Below, in pieces: positions 47,401-59,448 of a stretch of DNA of 64,000 nucleotides. The notes below the pieces were generated by a model. The model was not told where the DNA came from. It did not search any database and saw nothing but the letters and a program-made list of their open reading frames with translations. Source of the DNA: Macrostomum lignano (taxonomy: Eukaryota). The stretch spans positions 124,001 to 188,000 of the forward strand of contig NIVC01001509.1 of assembly GCA_002269645.1 (NCBI GenBank), in the 5' to 3' direction. Position 1 is the stretch's first letter; every line of letters begins with the position of its first letter. The position numbers and the translations under genes were made by a program.

Positions 47401-49830
47401 AGAGTTGACCGCAGAGCTGCTCTGACGTCTTGTGCAGGGTTTCAGATGTAATTATCCGACTGAGGGACTTATGACAATTAGTAGAGAATTTTAACGCATC
47501 GGTGATACTCTACATATTTGGTGAGCCGTGTGGTTATTTTGGAGCGATTAGGGACACTTAGGCAAATCCTCAGACACAGTTTGATACTTCAGCATGCAGA
47601 CAGGCAGTGCTAGTGGCGGGAATGCCCGAAACGCCCGACAACTGCAACCGACTCCCCAGTTCGGTGCAGCAATCGATCGATTCTTCTCTCGCAAGAAGTT
47701 GCTGCTTGCAACCATGCAGGGACAGCAAAGTAGCCCAAGTTGCTTCTTCTAGAAATGCCTTCTCAATTCTGCCTGTTGTTTAACTTGCTGCCGAAGCCAA
47801 CTGGGGTGGGGAGTCGGTGTGGTTTTGTTAGCAGATAGCAGCTTGACTCGGCAAGACAGGGAATGCCTTTTTTGCTGCTGCGTAAAGTCTTTTTGAAGAC
47901 AACAATGCTTTACAAGATTGCTGCAAGATGACCAAAGCAGGAACGGTTCGGTTGAGTTGGAGACACTCCTATCTGTTGCAGAAACGGTTTAGCCAGAGTT
48001 GGTCACACTCGTATCTGTTGCAGAAACGGTTTAGCCAGAGTTGGTCACACTCGTATCTGCTGCAGGAACGGTTTGGTTAAAGTTGGTCACACTCGTATCT
48101 GTTGCAGAAACGGTTTAGCCAGAGTTGGTCACACTCGTATCTGCTGCAGGAACGGTTTGGTTAAAGTTGGTCACACTCGTATCTGTTGCAGAAACGGTTT
48201 AGCCAGAGTTGGTCACACTCATATCTGATGCAGGAACGGTTTGGTTAGAGTTGGTCACACTCCTATCTGTTGCAGGAACGGTTTGGTTAGAGTTGGTCAC
48301 ACTCGTATCTGTTGCAGGAACGGTTTGGTTAGAGTTGGTCACACTCGTATCTGTTGCAGAAACGGTTTAGCCAGAGTTGGTCACACTCATATCTGATGCA
48401 GGAACGGTTTGGTTAGAGTTGGTCACACTCCTATCTGTTGCAGGAACGGTTTGGTTAGAGTTGGTCACACTCGTATCTGTTGCAGGAACGGTTTGGTTAA
48501 AGTTGGTCACACTCGTATCTGTTGCAGGAACGGTTTGGTTAGAGTTGGTCACACTCGTATCTGTTGCAGAAACGGTTTAGCCAGAGTTGGTCACACTCGT
48601 ATCTGTTGCAGGAACGGTTTGGTTAGAGTTGGTGACACTCGTATCTGTTGCAGGAATGGTTTGGTAGAGTTGGTGACACTCGTATCTGCTGCAGGAACGG
48701 TTTGGTTAGAGTTGGTCACACTCGTATCTGCTGCAGGAACGGTTTGGTTAGAGTTGGTCACACTCGTATCTGTTGCAGGAACGGTTTGGTTAGAGTTGGT
48801 CACACTCGTATCTGTTGCAGGAACGGTTTGGTTAGAGTTGGTGACACTCGTATCTGTTGCAGGAATGGTTTGGTAGAGTTGGTCACACTCGTATCTGCTG
48901 CAGGAACGGTTTGGTTAGAGTTGGTCACACTCGTATCTGCTGCAGGAACGGTTTGGTTAGAGTTGGTCACACTCGTATCTGTTGCAGAAACGGTTTAGCC
49001 AGAGTTGGTCACACTCGTATCTGTTGCAGGAACGGTTTGGTTAGAGTTGGTGACACTCGTATCTGTTGCAGGAATGGTTTGGTAGAGTTGGTGACACTCG
49101 TATCTGCTGCAGGAACGGTTTGGTTAGAGTTGGTCACACTCGTATCTGTTGCAGGAACGGTTTGGTTAAAGTTGGTCACACTCGTATCTGTTGCAGGAAC
49201 GGTTTGGTTAGAGTTGGTCACACTCGTATCTGTTGCAGAAACGGTTTAGCCAGAGTTGGTCACACTCGTATCTGTTGCAGGAACGGTTTGGTTAGAGTTG
49301 GTGACACTCGTATCTGTTGCAGGAATGGTTTGGTAGAGTTGGTGACACTCGTATCTGCTGCAGGAACGGTTTGGTTAGAGTTGGTCACACTCGTATCTGC
49401 TGCAGGAACGGTTTGGTTAGAGTTGGTCACACTCGTATCTGTTGCAGGAATGGTTTGGTTAGAGTTGGTCACACTCGTATGTTGCAGGAATGGTTTGGTT
49501 AGAGTTGGTGACACTCGTATCTGTTGCAGGAATGGTTTGGTAGAGTTGGTGACACTCGTATCTGTTGCAGGAATGGTTTGGTAGAGTTGGTGACACTCGT
49601 ATCTGTTGCAGGAATGGTTTGGTAGAGTTGGTGACACTCGTATCTGTTGCAGGAATGGTTTGGTAGAGTTGGTGACACCCAGACAGAAAAATACCAATAG
49701 GTTCATATCGCTCATCCCGAACTAGTCTTCGTTCAGTTCAAGCGCCCAAACCGAACCACCCCATCGCAGAAGGCGCAAGGGCAAAGCGTCCCAGCTAGAG
49801 AAGCAGAAGACCTACGGCGGCACCGAGTAA
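44410..49830 (+). CDS. Lys/Asp-rich type I membrane protein, about 240 aa; exons 44410-44455, 45134-45305, 46867-47278, 49737-49830 (exon 2/3 junction is out of phase by 1 nt)
   Basis: Signal peptide MACRFRIFAASLLLI|VIFESLSCHA; SDEPTLRELMEQDLKAKQQ..; about 65 aa of (KKD/KKDD)n; TM AMIGIGVGVGVACLVAVGSVIGVLV; tail SSSAQTEPPHRRRRKGKASQLEKQKTYGGTE*. Requires one A fewer in the A7 run at 46874-46880, or an unseen exon. Confidence 0.6.
44655..45050. repeat. 10/11-bp repeat (GGGACCATTG / GGAGACCATTG)
   Basis: About 38 copies in intron 1 of the K/D gene. Confidence 0.93.
45500..45715. repeat. CT-rich low-complexity tract
   Basis: Imperfect (CCTCT)/(CT) runs. Confidence 0.85.
45775..46700. repeat. 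29/33-bp minisatellite (GTCTCGAATCAGAGTGCTCACTCCAACTG, +ACTC variant)
   Basis: About 30 copies; the 29-bp form is on the left and the 33-bp form on the right. Confidence 0.95.
47352..47430 (-). pseudogene. tRNA-like relic or SINE head
   Basis: Minus strand GACGTCA...CTCTCGAATCAAAGTTACCCGGGGTTCGATTCCATGAGCGTCCGCATTCATTTTT has a perfect B box, imperfect acceptor-like pairing and an oligo-T run. No clear A box or D arm. Confidence 0.3.
47960..49680. repeat. 42/41-bp minisatellite (GAGTTGGTCACACTCGTATCTGTTGCAGGAACGGTTTGGTTA)
   Basis: About 41 copies; 209-bp higher-order period (blocks at 48648, 48857, 49066). Confidence 0.97.
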
Positions 49831-51444
49831 GAGCATATTGTCGGCAGCCGATCGGCGGTTGAAGCTTCCAGCAGAACACTGAATCAATTAAGAATGCTTG
49901 GTGTAGTGGTCCTATAATTTTGCTCTCTGTTTTAATCCTCTTTTTTTCAAATATTATTACTTTTCGCTGTAGTTCTAGTGCACGGGGTACCAAAGTGTGC
50001 AGAAGTGTTTGATGTTGCCCTTTTTGCATGTGTACCAGTACGATATGTATGACTCTAATCTTCCTAAACCTGACAAGCTGTTCGATAGTTTCCGATGGAG
50101 AATCGGTTTCTCAAACTTCTACATTTTTTCAACATTAGACTGTCTTGTAAAATCGCTTTTTTGGAGGGGGGAGCATGCAGCGCACAGCTGTTGGAGAGGA
50201 CTGGGAACTTCCCAGATCGGTCGAGTGCGTGCTACATATCGGCAATAGCAATGAGCAGTGCGAGAACCGGCGCCAAGAGATCGAATTAACCCAACTGATC
50301 AACTGACCTCTTTTTTTCTTGGTTTTCGTCACTACTGTTTCTTCAGTTTTCCTTTAGTCGCACCGACAAACTGATGATGTTTATCAATAGAGTATCGCTA
50401 ACGCCATCGCCTCATCCTACAGTACAGCGTCCCAAGCGAAACTACGTACGGTTCATCGAGTTCACTTTTGTTTTGAAAAAAAACAGTTTCTTTTATTTAT
50501 TTGTTTATCTAACCGATTTGAGCTGTCAAAGTTTAACGTGTATATTGCGCTTACCGACTGTTCTGCGTTCCCCAGAGAGACTGCATAAGCTGAGTGCCTT
50601 AGGACCAACTTTTTTAACTTTATTTTCTGTTGTAATTTTTATTTCTGCTGCTATATATTAATCTGCTTTTAACCTGGTGGCTGGAAAGACTGACAGACTT
50701 TTGCTTCCCCCCCCCCCCAAAAAAACACACTTTCCTTGCGTTAATTCAACCGTTAGTAAGTGCGCCTGCAATGAAGCAGTTAGCAGAGTCTGCGCTATTG
50801 CCGTGTTTAGCCTGGCAGAGACGTCGGATAGCCAACCTGCAATTGGTTTGCGCTGCAGTGTCCCCTCCCCTATGCGAGACTTAAAACACTTTAAATGGCC
50901 GCAAAGTATACTTTGGTGTCGGGTTGACGGGGTGGTAAGTATAGTAAAATTACCAATTATAAAATGACACTATTACGCGGGGCTTCCAAGAGCTGCTGCG
51001 AATGTTTGTCAATCAAATTGAAACTGGCACTCTTTTGTCGGAGCAGTTTTTTAAACAATACATTTTTTGGGGGAAGTAAAATCCAAATAGTCTACTGATG
51101 ATAGCCGTATCAGTAGTTTAGCTTGCGTTTTGTTTTGATTTCACCGAGTTCTCATGGAGATTGTTCTGGCACTGTGGCTAATTAATGATAGCTTTATAAC
51201 GATGCAAGCGCTGATCGACAAACTACCCAGCTGTTCTTTCATGAATTCCAGCTCTACAACAGGGAAAGAGAGACGAGCAGACGTTTCAAACGTAGCTATT
51301 CTTCATCATTTTTGATAACCGGGCTCCTGTTTCGAGTTGGACCCAAGCAAATAAATTGAGAAGTTAGTCAATTTTTAATGGGTTGTATTTATTAGTATGT
51401 AACAAAAAGTGATCTTCAGAAATGTCATCAACACTTGGCCTTAG

Positions 51445-51700
51445 ACACCAGACACTAGACACTAGACACTAGACACTAAACACTAGACACTAGACACTAA
51501 ACACTAGAACACTAGACACTAGACACTAGACACTAGACACTAGACAATAGACAATAGACACTAGACACTAGACAATAGACAATAGACAATAGACACTAGA
51601 GACTAGACACTAGACAATAGACACTAGACACTAGACACTAAACACTAGACACTAGACAATAGACAATAGACAATAGACACTAGACACTAGACACTAGACA
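51445..51700. repeat. 7-bp repeat (ACACTAG/ACAATAG)n
   Basis: About 36 copies. Confidence 0.95.
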
Positions 51701-51749
51701 CTCGCCCATAGATACTTCACTATTGAAACATCATAGCCCCATCCAGCAG

Positions 51750-52722
<973 letters not shown>

Positions 52723-53169
52723 CTTTGGCTGCCTACAATAAAGAGTTCTCAGAACGAATTCTCAGACTCCTTGGTATTATATCCCCAGTCCAGCAGCGTC
52801 TCACCGTCACCATAAGATTCTCTGTCGTAACAATAAATAATTTAACCGTTGCATTTCTTAGAAAAACCCTTGGTTTGCTTGAGTTTGAGTTTGAGACATG
52901 AATTATGCAATACTTGAGATCCATTCCTTTGTATGCGGAGACGCCCACTCTCTCTCTGGTACTGCGATGCTGCTGAGAAGATATTGGAGGCTGAGCTGGG
53001 TCAAAACTGCCTACGAGACTTGCCTCACCAAGCACTTGGTTTATAACTCAAAATCATCGCTTCTGTTTTCACCTTCTCTATGGGGGTTTAGGGCTTAAAT
53101 ACTGACACTAGCGCTCTGGACTCTGCTGCACCTCACATGCCAGGATAAAACAGATGTAGAACGCAGTTT

Positions 53170-53935
53170 GCCATTCCCCATGAGCCTTGAGCATCTCTCA
53201 GCCATTCCCCATGAGCCTTGAACATCTCAAAGCAATTCCCCATGAGCCTTGAGCATCTCTCAGCCAATCCCCATGAGCCTTGAACATCTCAAAGCAATTC
53301 CCCATGAGCCTTGAGCATCTCTCAGCAATTCCCCATGAGCTTTGAGCATCTCACAGCCATTCCCAATGAGCCTTGAGCATCTCTCAGCCATTCCCCATGA
53401 GCCTTGAGCATCTCTCAGCCATTCCCCATGAGCCTTGAGCATCCCACAGCAATTCCTTATGAGCCTTGAGCATCTCTCAGCCATTCCCCATGAGCCCTGA
53501 GCATCTCTCAGCCATTCACGATGAGCCTTGAGCATCTCTCAGCCATTCCCCATGAGCCTTGAGCATCTCTCAGCCATTCCCCATGAGCCTTGAGCATCTC
53601 TCAGCCATTCCCCATGAGCCTTGAGCATCTCACAGCCATTCCCCATGAGCCTTGAGCATCTCTCAGCCATTCCCCATGAGTCTTGAGCATCTCTCAGCAA
53701 TTCCCCATGAGCCTTAAGCATCTCTCAGCCATTCCCCATGAGCCTTGAGCATCTCTCAGCCATTCCCCATGAGCCTTGAGCATCTCTCAGCCATTCCCCA
53801 TGAGTCTTGAGCATCTCTCAGCAATTCCCCATGAGCCTTGAGCATCTCTCAGCCATTCCCCATGAGCCTTGAGCATCTCTCAGCCATTCCCCAAGAGCCT
53901 TGAGCATCTCTCAGCCAATCCCCATGAGCCTTGCC
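53170..53935. repeat. 31-bp minisatellite (CCATTCCCCATGAGCCTTGAGCATCTCTCAG)
   Basis: About 24 copies. Confidence 0.96.
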
Positions 53936-54749
53936 ATTTTAAGGCTTTCTACTGCTTCATTAGGAATTGAAAAGTTCATTTCTCGAATATCAAATAATAT
54001 GAAGATGGAGCTCCCCATTCCAGCATGAGGGAGAAAAAAATCGATATTGGAAAGTTCCAATATAATAATCATATTTGCCAGCAAATACCCTATAAAAATT
54101 CTGGCATTTTGGTTATTTTTCTCCAATCCAAATCAACTCCGGTCGCATCAATCACGCAGCTGCGGCTGTCTGTCCTTGAGAACTTTTTCCCAGAATCTTT
54201 TGGGCAAGAGGGGCACGAAAATCAGGACGCTGGTGTCTGCCGGCCTTCCCTGCTGCCCTCCAAGCTCCATACTTTTATCATGCTGCTCAGCCAGACTGAC
54301 CCTGGATTTGTCTGGCGGAGGCCCAGCCTGAGCAATTTGTCACCTTCACTCTGAAGTATATGCAGTTATCCAGCTGTGCCCATTTGCCCCCAATGGGAGT
54401 TTCGCATCAGAATTATGTTCGAGTCATTTCGAGCTTCACTTGCTGCGTTTCCATTCCCAGCACCTCATTCAGAGAATTCCTTGTCAAACTTTTTAAATAC
54501 GCATTGCATTTCGTGCTTGAGTCCTCTGATTTTCGGTTTGAAGTCGGCTAATTTAAAAAAATGAACCAAACATCAATCAGAAATCCGTTGGTTAGATAAC
54601 ATGAAAATTTGTGTTCCCCCCCAAACTGGGACACTGCAGCTGGCTTTGAACTGCTGGACTGTGAAATTAGCAATTCACTTGCTAAATTATTCGTTTCCAA
54701 GTTGCCAGTTAATCACAAGTTGCGAGCTGACCCAGTCTGCTTTAGTAAG

Positions 54750-56125
54750 CCTATGTCACCAATCCTACTGTCACTAATCCTGCTGTCACTAATCCTGCTG
54801 TCACTAATCCTGCTGTCACTAATCCTACTGTCACCAATCCTACTGTCACTAATCCTACTGTCACCAATCCTACTGTCACCAATCCTACTGTCACCAATCC
54901 TACTGTCACCAACCCTACTGTCACGAATCCTACTGTCACCAATCCTACTGTCACCAATCCTACTGTCACTAATCCTGCTGTCACTAATCCTACTGTCACC
55001 AATCCTACTGTCACCAATCTTACTGTCACCAATCCTACTGTCACCAATCCTACTGTCACCAACCCTACTGTCACCAATCCTACTGTCACCAATCCTACTG
55101 TCACTAATCTTGCTGGCACTAATCCCATTGTCACCAATCCTACTGTCACCAATCCTACTGTCACCAATCCTACTGTCACCAATCCTACTGTCACCAACCC
55201 TACTGTCACGAATCCTACTGTCACCAATCCTACTGTCACCAATCCTACTGTCACTAATCCTGCTGTCACTAATCCTACTGTCACCAATCCTACTGTCACC
55301 AATCTTACTGTCACCAATCCTACTGTCACCAATCCTACTGTCACCAACCCTACTGTCACCAATCCTACTGTCACCAATCCTACTGTCACTAATCTTGCTG
55401 GCACTAATCCCATTGTCACCAATCCTACTGTCACCAATCCTACTGTAACTAATCCTACTGTCACTAATCCTACTGTCACCAATCCTACTGTCACCAATCC
55501 TACTGTCACTAATCCTGCTGTCACTAATCCTGCTGTCACTAATCCTGCTGTCACTAATCCTACTGTCACCAATCCTACTGTCACCAATCTTACTGTCACC
55601 AATCCTACTGTCACCAATCTTGCTGGCACTAATCCCATTGTCACCAATCCTACTGTCACCAATCCTACTGTAACTAATCCTACTGTCACTAATCCTACTG
55701 TCACCAATCCTACTGTCACCAATCCTACTGTCACCAATCCTACTGTAACTAATCCTACTGTCACCAATCCTACTGTCACCAATCCTACTGTCACCAATCC
55801 TACTGTCACCAATCCTACTGTCACTAATCCTACTGTCACCAATCCTACTGTCACCAATCCTACTGTCACCAATCCTACTGTCACCAATCCTACTGTCACC
55901 AATCCTACTGTCACCAATCCTACTGTCACCAATCCTACTGTCACCAATCCTACTGTCACCAATCCTACTGTCACTAATCCTACTGTCACCAATCTTTCTG
56001 TCACTAATCCTGCTGGCACCAAATCCCATTGTCACTAATCCTACTGTTACTAATCCTAATGTCACTAATCCTGCTGGCACTAATCCCATTGTCACCAATC
56101 CTACTGTCACTAATCCTACTGTCAC
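54750..56125. repeat. 15-bp minisatellite (CTGTCACCAATCCTA)
   Basis: About 90 copies; a variant block recurs at ~55110, 55395 and 55620. Source of the 279/423/479-aa artefact ORFs. Confidence 0.97.
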
Positions 56126-56619
56126 CATTTTCGTTGTGATGAATCCTGTCATGAACCAATCTAATTGTCATTAGATATACGCACTATTAATCTGTAAAAC
56201 CACCGACGTCTAAGCATTTAAAGAGCACCAATATAAATTTGACAGAAAAGCAACGGGTTAACATGTAGCTTCCAAGTATATTTTAAATTATGGAGAGGTG
56301 TCAGAGCTTAACTCTCTTTGACAGGTATCGTGGCGCAAGATAGCCATCTTTTATATTCATAAGGTTGCTAGCGACTGCGAAGTTTCCTTAGAAATGGGGA
56401 AAAGTCAGGTGAGCATGGACCTCCGTTATATAAAAGTTTAGTAGTACTTAATCTTAAGTAGTCTGTGCATTTCCTTAATATTTTAGTATGTTAAATTACA
56501 ACTTTTAGGGTACACTGAAATTTTACAAAAATATCAATTAAACTGATAAAAAGTATTTTATTATGTTACAATGAGATAGCTATATACGAGCGTGTGTGTC
56601 CCGCTTGAACTTCATTTAT

Positions 56620-56750
56620 TCTGGAATCTCGATTGGGTATCTGGAATCTTGATTGAGTATCTGGAATCTCGATTGGGTATGTGGAATCTCGGTTTGATAT
56701 CTACAATATCAGTAGGTATGAGGAATCTCGATTAGATATCTGGAGTCTTG
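56620..56750. repeat. 20-bp repeat (CTGGAATCTCGATTGGGTAT), diverged
   Basis: About 6 copies just past the ENaC-2 stop codon. Confidence 0.75.
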
Positions 56751-56767
56751 ACTGGATCTTCGAGTTT

Positions 56768-59448
56768 TCAAGTGTCAGCCCTTTCTGCATTCTCAGCCTT
56801 CTTCTTCAGCCGCCTGACGGCCAGCAGACGGACGAACAGCTCGACAAATTCGAATGTGCTGATGATGGACACGCCCAGCCAGAGGCCCAGAATGCCGCCA
56901 ATGTCCGAGGCCAGGTTCCTGGCTAGGTAGGCCGGGGTCTCCAGCACGCGGTTGCCACGCGTGGAATGGCTGTATATATTTAGTCTGGCGAACGATTTGA
57001 TGGCCTCCAGCGACTGGTTCTCCAGGCTGCGCCGAATCTCAGCCAGGGTGACGAGGTCGTCACCGCGCTGTCTGGCCAGCTCCGTTGTGGCGTCGACACG
57101 ACGCAGCAGCGCCTCCTGGGTCTCCTCCGCGTCGCTGGGCCAGCGGTTCTGGGTCACGCGCATCTCGTACCTGGTGTTGCGGCACCGCAGGGGGCAGCTG
57201 TGCCCCGAGCCGGACGTGCGCTTATGAATCTCTTCAACAGCGTCGTCGTGACATCGGCGACGATTTTGGGCGGCTCTGTGCGCCTCAGCGTCGGTGCTGT
57301 CGTCTTCCGATGGCGCTACGTTGGCGCCACCTTTAGCGCTGTCGGCGCCGGCTTGCAGCAGGGTGTCCCGGTCGATGTTGTGGCAGTAGTGGACCACTTT
57401 GCCGCTGCCGGAGTCGATGCCAACGGTGCCAAAGGTCGCCGGCAGGGGCAACGTCTCGGACAAGCAGGTACAGTTTTTGTGCAGGAAATCCTGGTACGTT
57501 TTCACCAGACAGTCGCGAAGAGTGTATCTGAGAATTTGTTTGTTTAATGATGTGTATAAAAGATAGTCTTCTACTTAGCAATTAAGATCACCTGACGAAG
57601 AGAACGAACTCTGTAACCGGTTCTGGTTTATTGAAGTTTGAATCTCACGTTTGGACACACGTAGGTACAATTATAAAACCCCACAATGGTTCCCTGATTG
57701 GGAGTTCATTTATTCGAATGTGAATTTCTGACACCTTGTGTCACTGCTCTGTAGACCTGACAATGTGCTTTTTAACTTGTTGTTTCTTTGGTTTCGTTGT
57801 ACGTAGAATTTCCGGAACTTTCAAGCATGACTTGCGAGGGGTTCAATGAACTTGTAGCTGTCAACGTTGGCAAACTTTTGAAGAGGAACACGCAATGACA
57901 GAGAGTGGTCGCAGTTATTTCCATCGAAGCCTGACGCTCCGAAAAGCGGAATAAAAATTCGCCTTGAGGGCTGCTCAAAATTGATTCGCCCCGACCAGAC
58001 TAAGTAATGAATATTTTCTCCCCAGCACATTGCTCTCCTAAAAGCGGAATTGGAATTTCTGGATTTCAAATCCGATAGGAAATTTTATTTCCACCCTTCG
58101 TGCAGCCGGTCTGTTGCCATCGGATCATTAGGATATTGGGATTGGATGTGGATGAGACGCGTTGGAATTGATTCTGTTAGTTGTTTGATGGGACAGTCGA
58201 CTCAAGAAGCTTACAAGTTAAGCTAGCTTTATCAGTCTGAGCTATAAGAGAAAACAAATCGTACTCGTACTCAACATCTTCAACAATTTTTTTAGACTAG
58301 AATCTAGATAATTGTTTAGATAATTGTAGAAAATTATGGCTTAAGAAATCCGCGATTGCAGACTTCAGAAATTCTCCAATTGAAACTGCAATCTGATCAA
58401 CTGGCGGAGTTTCACTTGGAGAATTAGTTGAAATTCACCTGTACTCTCGTGTGTGGCCGTGTCGATCAAGGAATTGGATTGGCTGCAGCTGCAGCTCCTC
58501 CTCGGTCTTGCAGTTGCGCAGCACTGTCTCTTCCGTGTAGCCCAGCTGCACGTAGGTGCTGGTTGTTTCCTGGACGTAGAATCCCTCAAGCAGGTCGGGT
58601 CGCGTCCCCTGTTCGTGGATGACGACGCGGAATCCCCGGGTGTAGCTCAGCGACTCCTCTTCCGTGAGAAGGTTCATCGTGTCCCCGACGTACAGGATCA
58701 CGCGCAATCCTCCGTCGCGCTCTCCGCCAACGAGGAGATGCCGCTCAGTGGGCGAGAAGGTAAAGCAGCTGAAGAAGTTCGGGTCAACGTATGCCGCGAA
58801 GCTTTCATAGCTGCAGTCATTCCCGGCAAAGTCGCAGTGAATGAACATCTCCTGTCGCTGCTTGGTCACATTAATTTCCTGTAGGTATGTTTTAAGCGAG
58901 TTCAACAGATCCGCGTTGATATCTCCGTCATCGAGTTGGTTTGCCGGATCCCAGACTCGCCTGATGCTAGCCACCAGGTCGGACATGGTCATGTTGTCCA
59001 GACTGGGCACCTTTGGGTTTGTCATGAACCGCAATCGGCTGAAGTGACTAGTGGCGCAAATAGTCACATCTGGAAACACGAACGGTGTGCTGTAAACGCT
59101 TGTCTCCGTGTTTACTGGGCCCTCGATAAACCTGCTGAACAGGGAGACCAGGTGAGCGCTAAATCCAGAAAAGGCCGTGACGATAATGCAAATCCAGGCA
59201 AGCTTGTGCCACGTACTGCCGCTCTGAAACACCTTGTGAAATCCGTGCGCCGAGGTGCACGTGCAAAACTCCTTTATCAGCTTCTCCGAGGGACTATCAC
59301 CGAACTTTTCTCTGCGAAGCTGGCGAACCATCTTCATCAGACGGTTAGGACGAAAGTTGCCGGCGCGCTCATTTTCCAGTCCAACCCCCAGGCGGGTCAG
59401 GGGCACCGTCACCTCCTCTGGGACCTCGCCCTCTATTGCTGGCTCCAT
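56768..59448 (-). CDS. DEG/ENaC channel subunit 2, intact, 589 aa; exons 59448-58439, 57527-56768
   Basis: CTSAHGF + TM1 (LAWICIIVTAFSGFSAHL); FVFPDVTIC; FIHCDFAGNDC; NFFSCFTF; GLRVILYV; GFRVVIHEQG; CPLRC..Y..RWP; TM2 ASDIGGILGLWLGVSIISTFEFVEL. Phase-2 intron; 1770 nt in total. Confidence 0.93.

Noticed and set aside
54609-56152. 279/423/479-aa repeat ORFs (ILLSP, GDSRI, VTVGL)
   Set aside because: A 15-bp array that is open in several frames on both strands; no unique coding flanks.
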